In this document: positions 56,085 to 64,000 of the stretch, piece by piece
How the letters are laid out: each line of letters starts with the position of its first letter
How positions within the stretch are numbered: the first letter of the stretch is position 1
NCBI GenBank assembly: GCA_964415295.1
Contig: CAYPYN010000004.1
Coordinates: forward strand, 268,573 to 332,572
DNA from: an uncultured Bacteroidota bacterium
GTDB lineage: Bacteria > CLD3 > SB21
Reading direction: 5' to 3'
Length of the DNA: 64,000 nt
Made by a program: the position numbers and the translations under genes
The notes under the pieces: model-generated
What the model was told of the DNA's origin: nothing
The model's database searches: none
Seen by the model: the letters and a program-made list of their open reading frames with translations, nothing else

Positions 56085-58205
56085 TTATTTTATGTTAAAA
56101 TACTTGGCTTCCGGGTGATGCACAATGATCGCGCTGGTCGATTGCTCCGGTTCAAGGTGATATTCTTCGGTCAGCGATACTCCGATCTTCTCCGGCTCAA
56201 GCAATTCAAACAGTTTGGTTTGATCCTGAAGATTGGGACAAGCCGGATATCCGAAACTGTAACGTGAACCGCGATACGACTGCTGGAACAATTTCTTAAT
56301 ATCGGCATGATCGGAATGATTAATGCCAAGTTCCGCTCTCATTTGCCGGTGCCAATACTCAGCCAGTGCCTCGGCTGTCTCAACGCTGAGGCCGTGAAAA
56401 TACAAATAATCGGTGTAGTTATTGGATTCAAAAAGTCTGGCGGAAAATTCCGAAGCCTGCCGCCCGACCGTGACCAACATGCAACCAATGACGTCCATCC
56501 TTCCGGAATCCTTGGAGGCAAAAAAATCCGATATACAGAGATAATGCCCTTCCTGCTGCCTTGGAAATGCAAAACGCACGCGTTCCGACTTCATATCATC
56601 CCGATAAACGATAAGGTCGTCGCCGTCGGACTGGCAAGGAAAGTATCCGTATACAATCTTCGGAACGAGGAGCTTCTCGGACTCCGAGCGCCATTTCCAC
56701 GTCTCGAAAACGGGCCGGACTTTCCCATCAACAAAAGAATTGTATTCCGAAGACGTCATCTTGCCTCTGGTAAACTGCCATTGACCGCGGAACAAAGCGA
56801 TCTCATTGATAAAAGGATAAACATCCTTAAGCGCTACGTCTTCCACCACCCGGCTTCCCCAGAAAGGAGAGACCGGAATATTGGCTTTCGGATTTACGGA
56901 CGACCGCCGGGGCACCGACGGCGGTTTGAGCCCTTCGGCGCTCTGCCTCCGATGCAGCCAGTCCTGGACTTTTTTCAGATGTTTGTATTCATGCGCGAAA
57001 GACGATTCCGCGATGATCCAGCCTATCGTTTGATCGTGTACGGTTGTGCTCAGATACTCCGGCGATATGGACGAAACGTGATGAATCAGGTTTGACTGCG
57101 TTTCATTCCAAATATCCATCAGTTCTTCCCGGCTCTTGGATTTGTATTTCTCGACGGCTTCGGAATTGATGAGATCATTTTCCTTATCGGAAAAAACGCG
57201 GATTTGAGAACCATCGCCTCTGGCGATCCATTGCAACCGCTCGATCAATACCTGCTCCCAATGAACAAAGTGAGCGATGATGTCGTGCACCGACCAAAGG
57301 CCGATTGATTTGTCACGGTCAAACGGCTCATCCGATATGTACTCGAGAACCTTGTTCCATTGATGTTTTACGATACGGATCCTTTTAACCGTTTCCTGGA
57401 TCGTATCGGCCGGAGTGGAAAGAATATCCGCCGCGGCTTTTGTTTCCGCTTTTGCTCCGCTCATCACTTGTTCCATCACCCGTAGCCCTGAGAATGCGTC
57501 TTCACAGTAATAGAGCGGCGCATCATACACTTCTCTTAGATCCTCTTCGACATATCTTCGGGTCAGGGCGGCACCACCTAAGAGAACGGGAACGGACAGG
57601 TTTCTCTCAGCCATCACTTCCAGATTCTCCTTCATGATCAGAGTGGATTTGACCAGAAGTCCGCTCATGCCGATCGCGTCGGCTTTATGCTCCTCAAGGG
57701 CATGGATCATGGTTTCAACCGGGCATTTGATGCCAAGATTGATAACTTTGTACCCGTTGTTGGTCAAAATGATATCCACAAGATTTTTTCCAATATCATG
57801 GACATCCCCTTTTACAGTGGCCAGAACCAGCGTACCTTTTTGCGTTCCGCCTTTTTTTTCCATAAAAGGCTCGAGAAAGGCTACGGCCGATTTCATAACC
57901 TCGGCCGATTGCAGAACAAATGGCAATTGCATTTCGCCTTTGCCGAATAGTTCCCCGACAACCTTCATGCCTTCAAGAAGGATCTCGTTAATAATTTGCA
58001 GAGGCTTATGAGTTCCCATGGCCAGCTTCAGATCATCCTCGAGACCTTGTTTTTCACCGTCAATGATGCGGCCCTTCAGACGCTCTTCAAGGGAGGCCGT
58101 GGCTTTCGCGACCGTTTTGGAGGGATCGGCTTTCCGGCTTGCGTAATGGTTGATGATCTCAACCAGCGGATCGTAGACCACCTTCATTTTATCTTCTCTT
58201 TTCAA
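56085..58205 (-). CDS. metH: Methionine synthase C-terminal half (B12-binding cap and domain, AdoMet-dependent reactivation domain) with an inserted His-rich helical domain
   Basis: DxHxxG cobalamin motif (GDVHDIGKN) and a reactivation domain (…PFWGSRVV…YGYFPC…RYSFGYPACP…). The roughly 170-aa insert contains WSVHDIIAHFVHWEQ and FAHEYKH. Confidence 0.85.
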   Translation of the reverse strand: MKREDKMKVVYDPLVEIINHYASRKADPSKTVAKATASLEERLKGRIIDGEKQGLEDDLKLAMGTHKPLQIINEILLEGMKVVGELFGKGEMQLPFVLQSAEVMKSAVAFLEPFMEKKGGTQKGTLVLATVKGDVHDIGKNLVDIILTNNGYKVINLGIKCPVETMIHALEEHKADAIGMSGLLVKSTLIMKENLEVMAERNLSVPVLLGGAALTRRYVEEDLREVYDAPLYYCEDAFSGLRVMEQVMSGAKAETKAAADILSTPADTIQETVKRIRIVKHQWNKVLEYISDEPFDRDKSIGLWSVHDIIAHFVHWEQVLIERLQWIARGDGSQIRVFSDKENDLINSEAVEKYKSKSREELMDIWNETQSNLIHHVSSISPEYLSTTVHDQTIGWIIAESSFAHEYKHLKKVQDWLHRRQSAEGLKPPSVPRRSSVNPKANIPVSPFWGSRVVEDVALKDVYPFINEIALFRGQWQFTRGKMTSSEYNSFVDGKVRPVFETWKWRSESEKLLVPKIVYGYFPCQSDGDDLIVYRDDMKSERVRFAFPRQQEGHYLCISDFFASKDSGRMDVIGCMLVTVGRQASEFSARLFESNNYTDYLYFHGLSVETAEALAEYWHRQMRAELGINHSDHADIKKLFQQSYRGSRYSFGYPACPNLQDQTKLFELLEPEKIGVSLTEEYHLEPEQSTSAIIVHHPEAKYFNIK

Positions 58206-58268
58206 AATAACTCCGCGTTTAATGGCCGGTCATAATATAGATGATCTAATTGAAATTATAAAACATTT

Positions 58269-59327
58269 TTAGCGGCGGATCAGTTGTTTCAGTGCCTGGA
58301 CGGATTCTACAAGTTCATTGATTCCAACCGGCGTATCCGGATCAAATCTGTTATTGGGCCGCAAACTCATGAGTTTCCAATGACAAACATTTCTTATGGC
58401 CTCCCACTGCAGATCGCTTGTCGACACATCCGAAATAACCGGCGATTGATCCCCGCCATCTTTCCCAGCCGGGCCATGAAGGCTTACGATCTCGTTCAGA
58501 TAATAGGCCAGGTTGCGTCTTTTGACAATATGATACGGATAGAATTTTCCATCCGGTAAGAACTCCAGAAACCGAGCGGACAACGCTTTTTGATAGTAAC
58601 CGGCCAGGCTGTCGACGGCTGGAACATCTTTGAACAAGACGGCTTGCTGCCGGCTGCTCTCTCCCAGTTCCATCACGAGCACATAAGCCAGCATACCGCG
58701 CGTCGCCTGCGAGTAGCCCGGGAAGAAAGACTCCAGCCGCTTAACATAAGTTCTGGGACTTCGGGCGTTGGTCACAGTACTAACCTTTGAATACAGGGAC
58801 CTTATCTTTTCAATATTCGCTGATGTGCTGTCGCGGATTAAATGTTGAAGGTTCTCCAGCGCACGACCGTAATTTTCTACACGAAAATAGAGCCGGGCAA
58901 GTTTCCACGATGCTTCGGAGTAATGAGAGTCCGTTCTTGAAACCCGCTCCAGATGGACGATCGACTCATTGATTTTGTTTTGATTAAACTGAGCTGTACC
59001 CAACAGATAATAGAATCTCTGATTATCCTTAGCGTGCGCGGGAATCCGTTCTAACCAGAGTTCGGCTTCTTGATCGCGTTCTTGCGATATGAGTAGGTCG
59101 CCTAACTCCAAATACGCCTCTGTTCGTGACGAATCTTCGCGAACGGACTTTTCAAAGCACAGGATGGCTTTCTTGTATTGACCCGACGCTTTAGCCGACA
59201 GGCCTTGCTGAAGATAGGCTTCTGCCCGTCTATCGGCACTCGTTTGTATCGAGGCGGAGCAACCCAAATGGAAAACGGCCGGAAGAAAAAAGCAGAGTAT
59301 GGATAAAAGAGAAAAAAGAGGGCGCAT
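58269..59327 (-). CDS. TPR-repeat lipoprotein
   Basis: Signal peptide with Cys (LGCSAS) and multiple 34-residue TPR-like repeats. Confidence 0.6.
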   Translation of the reverse strand: MRPLFSLLSILCFFLPAVFHLGCSASIQTSADRRAEAYLQQGLSAKASGQYKKAILCFEKSVREDSSRTEAYLELGDLLISQERDQEAELWLERIPAHAKDNQRFYYLLGTAQFNQNKINESIVHLERVSRTDSHYSEASWKLARLYFRVENYGRALENLQHLIRDSTSANIEKIRSLYSKVSTVTNARSPRTYVKRLESFFPGYSQATRGMLAYVLVMELGESSRQQAVLFKDVPAVDSLAGYYQKALSARFLEFLPDGKFYPYHIVKRRNLAYYLNEIVSLHGPAGKDGGDQSPVISDVSTSDLQWEAIRNVCHWKLMSLRPNNRFDPDTPVGINELVESVQALKQLIRR

Positions 59328-59354
59328 GCATTAAAGATGGAATGAAAGAAATTG

Positions 59355-59426
<72 letters not shown>

Positions 59427-59483
59427 AAAAGCTTTGAAAATATACTCGTCACGTCCGGCAATGTCAATATCCAAAAATATTAC

Positions 59484-59512
59484 TTGACAACTCCATGCCG
59501 ATGCTCTATATT
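59484..59512 (+). promoter_or_regulatory. Consensus sigma-70-type promoter (TTGACA-N17-TATATT)
   Basis: Perfect -35 hexamer at 59484-59489, a 17-nt spacer, and -10 TATATT at 59507-59512. It lies about 230 nt upstream of the RRM gene start. Confidence 0.4.
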
Positions 59513-59672
59513 GAAAGCGTATATCCCAATGCATACGGAATACATGTTTTTTGGAATGTAGGATCCCTTATATAGGGAAAGCACAAAGAGTTCGGTGGCT
59601 AATCGGTACTTGATCCTTTTTTTAGACTTACTCGTCTCAAAAAGATTTCCGAATTAAGTATTTATCCAATTG

Positions 59673-59710
59673 TCTCAAAGTGTGATATGGGCGCTTTGAG
59701 ATTTTTTTTT
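59673..59710 (+). promoter_or_regulatory. Terminator-like hairpin + T9 inside the leader, 35 nt upstream of the RRM gene start codon (attenuator or sRNA 3' end)
   Basis: TCTCAAAG-(13 nt loop)-CTTTGAGA followed by TTTTTTTTT. Confidence 0.45.
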
Positions 59711-59744
59711 ATCCCATAGTTTAACTTTTTCAAGGAGATTTCTC

Positions 59745-60047
59745 ATGAATACCAGCAAACTCTACGTTGGTAACCTCTCGTACAAAGCGGACGAGCAAGC
59801 CTTAGCCGACCTTTTCAAACAAGCCGGCGAAGTAACTTCCGCTAAGATTATCGTGGACAAAATGTCCGGTCGCTCAAAAGGTTTCGGTTTTGTCGAAATG
59901 GCAACGACCGAAGAGGCCTCGAAAGCCATCGAAATGTTCAACAACTATTCCTACATGGAAAGACAGTTGGTGGTGAACGAAGCCAAGCCGCAGGAAAAGA
60001 AGAGCTTCGGCGATCGCGGCGACCGCTTCAAGAGAGATTCGCGATAA
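59745..60047 (+). CDS. RRM-type RNA-binding protein
   Basis: RNP-2 LYVGNL and RNP-1 KGFGFVEM; 100 aa with a short RG-rich tail. Confidence 0.85.
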   Translation: MNTSKLYVGNLSYKADEQALADLFKQAGEVTSAKIIVDKMSGRSKGFGFVEMATTEEASKAIEMFNNYSYMERQLVVNEAKPQEKKSFGDRGDRFKRDSR

Positions 60048-60103
60048 CGATAACAAGGAGACATCTCCAGATTATTGATACGATCGTTTATCTTCCGTAA
60101 TAA

Positions 60104-60138
60104 AAGGTCTCAAAGCTTTGCTTTGAGACCTTTTTTTG
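60104..60138 (+). terminator. Rho-independent terminator of the RRM gene
   Basis: GGTCTCAAAG-CTTTG-CTTTGAGACC followed by T7. Confidence 0.6.
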
Positions 60139-60219
60139 TCACAGACCCGCCTATCTGACACTTGTTAATGGAAATCAAATCCTGTATATTTCTAAAAATT
60201 CATTCATGCATCTGTTTCC

Positions 60220-61152
60220 ATGAACATGACCCGACTACTGGACTACTTCTTTGTTCTGCGGCCTATCCTCTTCTTTGCCGGATGGACCACGACCCTGGCC
60301 GGATACCTGGCCGCTTCACAATCCTACGATCCTTTTGACGGGCCCGTTACCTCCGGATCCCTGATAGGCATTATGATTTCCTCAGCCATGGTCATGGGCG
60401 CCGGTTTTATTGTCAATCAAATAAAAGACAAAGATACGGATCAGATCAACAAGAAATTGTTCTATTTATCCGATGGCGTCTTGCCTTATCGGTTGGTTGT
60501 ACTGGAGGCATGGGTGCTGGCTATGGGCTCCCTCGCCATCGCGGCATGGATATCCATGGGAATGTTAATCATTCACCTGCTTTCTTTGATTTGGATTACA
60601 GCAATTTATAATCTAAGGCCCTTTGAACTTAAGAATAAACCGTTTGGTAGTCTCTTTGCCAATATGGGGATGGGTGTTTTCGCATTTTTGTATGGATGGT
60701 ATCTCACACCTTTGTCATGGCAGGACTTTTTCACAAGTGTTGTGCCCTATGCCCTTTTTAACACATGCCTGTGTATACTTACAACAATTCCGGATTTTGA
60801 AGGCGATCGACAAGCCTCAAAACGGACCCTATGCGTCGTTTACGGCATTCCCGCAACGGTTGGCCTGGCTTTTACTCTATGGGTAGCCGCCTTCCTTTCC
60901 GCTGCATACAACATGGATTGGATCATTCTGATTCCTTGTATCCTTTCAGTTCCTTTAATGCTGAAACTTGTAATCAAACGCAACGCTGCGGCAGCGATTC
61001 TGAGCATAAAATTCACCGGCTTGTTTTTCTCGCTGGTCGTGGGTATTTTTTTCCCATGGTACATAATAATGATTATTCTGTTTTTTTTCGGAACCCGTTG
61101 GTATTACCGAAATAGATTCGGCATGATTTATCCAAATTTTAAGAGCGAATGA
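60220..61152 (+). CDS. UbiA-family aromatic prenyltransferase (membrane)
   Basis: Eight or nine predicted TM helices and an Asp-rich motif NQIKDKDTDQIN. Confidence 0.7.
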   Translation: MNMTRLLDYFFVLRPILFFAGWTTTLAGYLAASQSYDPFDGPVTSGSLIGIMISSAMVMGAGFIVNQIKDKDTDQINKKLFYLSDGVLPYRLVVLEAWVLAMGSLAIAAWISMGMLIIHLLSLIWITAIYNLRPFELKNKPFGSLFANMGMGVFAFLYGWYLTPLSWQDFFTSVVPYALFNTCLCILTTIPDFEGDRQASKRTLCVVYGIPATVGLAFTLWVAAFLSAAYNMDWIILIPCILSVPLMLKLVIKRNAAAAILSIKFTGLFFSLVVGIFFPWYIIMIILFFFGTRWYYRNRFGMIYPNFKSE

Positions 61153-61156
61153 CTCT

Positions 61157-62245
61157 ATGAAAACTTTCTTGTCTTACTTCTTGGGCGCTTCCGTCGTTCT
61201 GATCAGCCTGCTGATCATACCTGTAGAAAGGCTGTTTGACGAGGCAACGGACACTCAAAAGATTGCCGATAATGTCAGACAATCTAATCTGAATTCTCAC
61301 TTATCCCGTTTAGCCGCGCAGGAAATCTCAAAGCAGGAATCCGTGGTCTCGTTGAAGGAAAGCCCGGTCTGGCCCGCACAAAACGAGATAGAAGTTGTGA
61401 TCCGAACCACATTCAGTGAAGACTGGTTTTACGACAACCTCCGTTACACTCACAGTGCCATGATAGAATTGTTATCGGCCCAGGATCCGGCATTCAATTA
61501 TTATGTCGGAATCGATATTCGTGACCGCAAAAACCTCTTGTCGGAAAACCTGGTGCAGCTCCTTACTCAAAAATTCGATGCTTTGCCGGAATGTCCGCCG
61601 GCCGAACTGACTAAAATCAGTTCTTCGATACGATCCAAGGGCACTGCTTTTATACGCAACCACAAGTTCACCTGCAGACCGCCGGAGCCTTATGGCAAGA
61701 TGATGCTAAAAGCCATGCGTCAGGAACTGGACCGCGCCATCAGTGTTTTGCCGGACAGTCTGAGCCTTCTTTCCAAAGCATCAAAAGAATCCAGAGCCGA
61801 TTCTACATTAAACGATCTTCGTTCGGCCTATGCCTTTTCTGAATCCTTTGCAGCCGTTGGGTATTCTATACTCTTTTTTCTACTACTAACCATTGTTTTG
61901 ATCAATAAGGATGACCGCGGCCGCATGTTTTTCCGAACGGGTATTCCGCTTGTTGCAACAGGAGGCCTTCTGTTAATTCCTTTCACATATCTGATCACGA
62001 AAGCCGGTGAGATTTTCACAAGATCTTCGATGCAATTCAAGCTCACTGAAACAGATCCCATCGCTCGCGAAACAGGCGATCTTTTTGTCTCACTCTTGCG
62101 GAGCAGCGCCTTGCATTATAGTTGGAGTATGATATATATTTCGGCACTCATATTAATTCTAGGTATCCTTCTAATGATAGGCTCACGTATTGCAGAGATT
62201 AAACCTCTTTCCCCGTTGGACCAAAGAAATGAAACAAATATTTAA
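61157..62245 (+). CDS. Hypothetical membrane protein
   Basis: N-terminal TM helix, three or four C-terminal TM helices, no recognisable motif. Confidence 0.45.
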   Translation: MKTFLSYFLGASVVLISLLIIPVERLFDEATDTQKIADNVRQSNLNSHLSRLAAQEISKQESVVSLKESPVWPAQNEIEVVIRTTFSEDWFYDNLRYTHSAMIELLSAQDPAFNYYVGIDIRDRKNLLSENLVQLLTQKFDALPECPPAELTKISSSIRSKGTAFIRNHKFTCRPPEPYGKMMLKAMRQELDRAISVLPDSLSLLSKASKESRADSTLNDLRSAYAFSESFAAVGYSILFFLLLTIVLINKDDRGRMFFRTGIPLVATGGLLLIPFTYLITKAGEIFTRSSMQFKLTETDPIARETGDLFVSLLRSSALHYSWSMIYISALILILGILLMIGSRIAEIKPLSPLDQRNETNI

Positions 62246-62999
62246 AGACCTGCTGGAATCGTTGGATCGTTACGGAAAGGTCGCCGTTGTTACCATAGTC
62301 AAGGCCCAGGGATCTACTCCGCGCGCTGCGGGAGCCAAGATGCTTGTTTTTCCTGACGGTACGTTTCGCCATACGGTGGGCGGCGGTATTTTTGAATCCC
62401 TGGTCATTCAGGATGCTCTCGCGGTCTTGAGCAACCATGTAACGACCATCAAAACTTATTCATTTAATCAGGAAGGTAAATACGCCACAGGCGCTGTTTG
62501 CGGCGGACAGGCCGATGTCATGTTCGAAGTCATAACCAATGTACCGCAATTGCTTGTCGTCGGGGGAGGCCATGTCGGCCGAGCCCTCTCACGTGCAGCC
62601 TCCGTGCTCGATTTTAATGTTACCATAGCCGATGACCGCATCGAATTTGCAGGTCCCGATCCGAATGACCTGAATATCCGGCACATTCAAACTGCGCCGG
62701 ACTACCATGATCTACCACCTATTACCGAAAACACCTACGTTTGCCTGGTAACCAAAGGATATGTCACCGACGAAGCCGCCTTGAGACAAGTGCTTCGGTC
62801 CCCTGCTAAATACATAGGCATGATCGGAAGCAGGAAGAAGATCCAGACCGTTTACAAGAACCTTGAAAAAGACGGCTTTGAAACGGCGTTGTTCGAACGC
62901 GTGCATGCTCCCATTGGCATAGACATAGGCGCCGATTCTCCGGAAGAGATTGCCGTCAGCATCCTCGCAGAGATCATTCGCATCAAAAATCAGAAATAA
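62229..62999 (+). CDS. xdhC: XdhC/CoxI-family accessory protein (XdhC N-terminal and Rossmann domains)
   Basis: …VVTIVKAQGSTPRAAGAKMLV… followed by a Rossmann GGGHVG segment. The start was chosen at MKQIFKD. Confidence 0.7.
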   Translation: MKQIFKDLLESLDRYGKVAVVTIVKAQGSTPRAAGAKMLVFPDGTFRHTVGGGIFESLVIQDALAVLSNHVTTIKTYSFNQEGKYATGAVCGGQADVMFEVITNVPQLLVVGGGHVGRALSRAASVLDFNVTIADDRIEFAGPDPNDLNIRHIQTAPDYHDLPPITENTYVCLVTKGYVTDEAALRQVLRSPAKYIGMIGSRKKIQTVYKNLEKDGFETALFERVHAPIGIDIGADSPEEIAVSILAEIIRIKNQK

Positions 63000-63005
63000 C
63001 CTTCC

Positions 63006-63737
63006 ATGCAGCATTTCGGTTACAAACTGCTTTCGTTGGATGAAATTGATTCAACGAACGAGTTTGCAAAAAGGCTTATTCTTCAAGAACCCCTGGATCA
63101 GAACTGCATAGTAACCGCCAACTACCAAACCCGGGGTAAAGGACGTTTGGGGCGCACCTGGGAATCGCCGCGCAACGAAGGTCTCTGGATGTCCCTCATT
63201 CCGTCCACACCGGTAGATCATGATCAGTTGGTCCTGTACAATCTCGCGACGGCCTGCAGTGTATGCGAAAGCCTGCGAAAAATGACCGGTGCCGGCTTTG
63301 AGCTCAAATGGCCCAACGACGTACTGATCCGCAGCAAGAAGGTCTGCGGCATGTTGCTTGAAACGGTCAGCAAAGCCGGAAACCTCTATCTCATTATCGG
63401 GATCGGTGTCAATCTGAATCAGAAAGAATTTCCGGAACCTCTGAATTCTACGGCTACTTCCCTTCGCTTGGAAACAGGCAAGAACTGGGAACCTCTGCCG
63501 GTGATGGAAGAAATCGTGTCCAATCTGAATGAAAATTTGAAATTACAGGTGTCGGACAATCTTAAAAAATGGAAAACATTGTCCGGCATGTTAGGTAAAA
63601 GGATCCGGATCATTCAGAACGGTGAATCATTTGATTCTGTGGCCATCGATGTAGCCGAAGACGGGGCACTGATAGTGCAGGACAATGGGAGTGTTAAGAA
63701 ACTGTATGCCGGGGATGTTCAGATACGATTGAGTTAG
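63006..63737 (+). CDS. birA: Biotin--[acetyl-CoA-carboxylase] ligase (group I, no HTH)
   Basis: GRGRxGRxW-type motif QTRGKGRLGRTWES and a KKVCGMLLE segment. Confidence 0.8.
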   Translation: MQHFGYKLLSLDEIDSTNEFAKRLILQEPLDQNCIVTANYQTRGKGRLGRTWESPRNEGLWMSLIPSTPVDHDQLVLYNLATACSVCESLRKMTGAGFELKWPNDVLIRSKKVCGMLLETVSKAGNLYLIIGIGVNLNQKEFPEPLNSTATSLRLETGKNWEPLPVMEEIVSNLNENLKLQVSDNLKKWKTLSGMLGKRIRIIQNGESFDSVAIDVAEDGALIVQDNGSVKKLYAGDVQIRLS

Positions 63738-64000
63738 AAGAAATGTTTGCCTCCTACCATAAACCGATCCACTATGGATTGTGTCATTATGGTGCCTAAA
63801 AGAAGGGCGGTCACAACAACCAGCATATTCAGAAGAACAATCTCCGTAAATTCTATCGCCAGGTCCATCCCCAAAAAAACAGCGGCAAAAGTCAGTACGA
63901 TAAAAAGAACGGGCGTGATCCATTTGCGGGCATTACAGCATATACGTAAGTGGGGGTTGTCTCTTTGAACCTGTTTCCGTCCCCAGTCGTTGGTCCTTTC
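63734..64000 (-). CDS. Membrane protein, C-terminal 88 aa only; the gene starts beyond the window end
   Basis: Translating the reverse-complement of 64000..63737 by hand gives an open frame (…LTFAAVFLGMDLAIEFTEIVLLNMLVVVTALLLG…GGKHFF*) with two TM-like helices. Confidence 0.35.
   Translation of the reverse strand, partial: ERTNDWGRKQVQRDNPHLRICCNARKWITPVLFIVLTFAAVFLGMDLAIEFTEIVLLNMLVVVTALLLGTIMTQSIVDRFMVGGKHFF

Noticed and set aside
56307-57095. 262-aa plus-strand ORF
   Set aside because: It is antisense to the MetH C-terminal half.
59519-59710. Thought this ~190-nt transcript might be 6S RNA
   Set aside because: The 5' and 3' ends are not obviously complementary, so there is no long closing stem with a central bubble. 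It is left as an unclassified leader or sRNA.

Overview
This 64-kb window looks like chromosomal DNA from a non-proteobacterial Gram-negative bacterium. Gene content (RNase Y, pheT-zapA linkage, fused 2-oxo-acid dehydrogenase E1 alpha/beta, many SC-type lipoproteins, multihaem cytochromes, near-absent Shine-Dalgarno sequences) suggests an FCB-group / Ignavibacteria-like organism. That placement is a guess from the sequence alone. The window is gene-dense (about 60 CDS and 2 tRNAs). I found no rRNA, CRISPR array, transposase, integrase or obvious prophage.

Most of the window is housekeeping:
- methyl cycle: ahcY 3' end and a split metH
- thiolase, phoH, purS, pheT, zapA, rny, birA
- transketolase and polyphosphate kinase 2
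- galT-like gene with glgA
- peptidases of families M1, M61, M13 and S1
- ssb-recA-ssb

The main unusual locus is an ~11-kb, nine-gene minus-strand operon (24952-35950). It links a three-subunit periplasmic redox module to a signalling module. The redox module is a Tat-exported 4Fe-4S protein, an NrfD-like membrane subunit and a cytochrome with 13 CxxCH motifs, joined by two ATGA start/stop overlaps. The signalling module has two paralogous sensor kinases whose periplasmic domains carry CxxCH plus Cx4CH motifs, and one of them has a zinc-ribbon insertion inside its ATPase domain. It also has three proteins with glycine-cleavage H-protein-like domains that lack the lipoyl-lysine (two fused to receiver domains, one membrane-anchored), and a terminal sigma-54-dependent response regulator.

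Secondary points of interest:
- metH is split into two genes about 53 kb apart, and the C-terminal half carries an inserted His-rich helical domain.
- A WYL-domain regulator sits next to alkylation-repair genes (alkA and an alkyltransferase-like PWHRV protein).
- Transketolase has a lysine-rich C-terminal tail, and RecA has a basic rather than acidic tail.
- A consensus sigma-70 promoter drives a long structured leader upstream of an RRM RNA-binding protein gene.
- A 10-mer is shared between the recA upstream region and the large divergent intergenic region.
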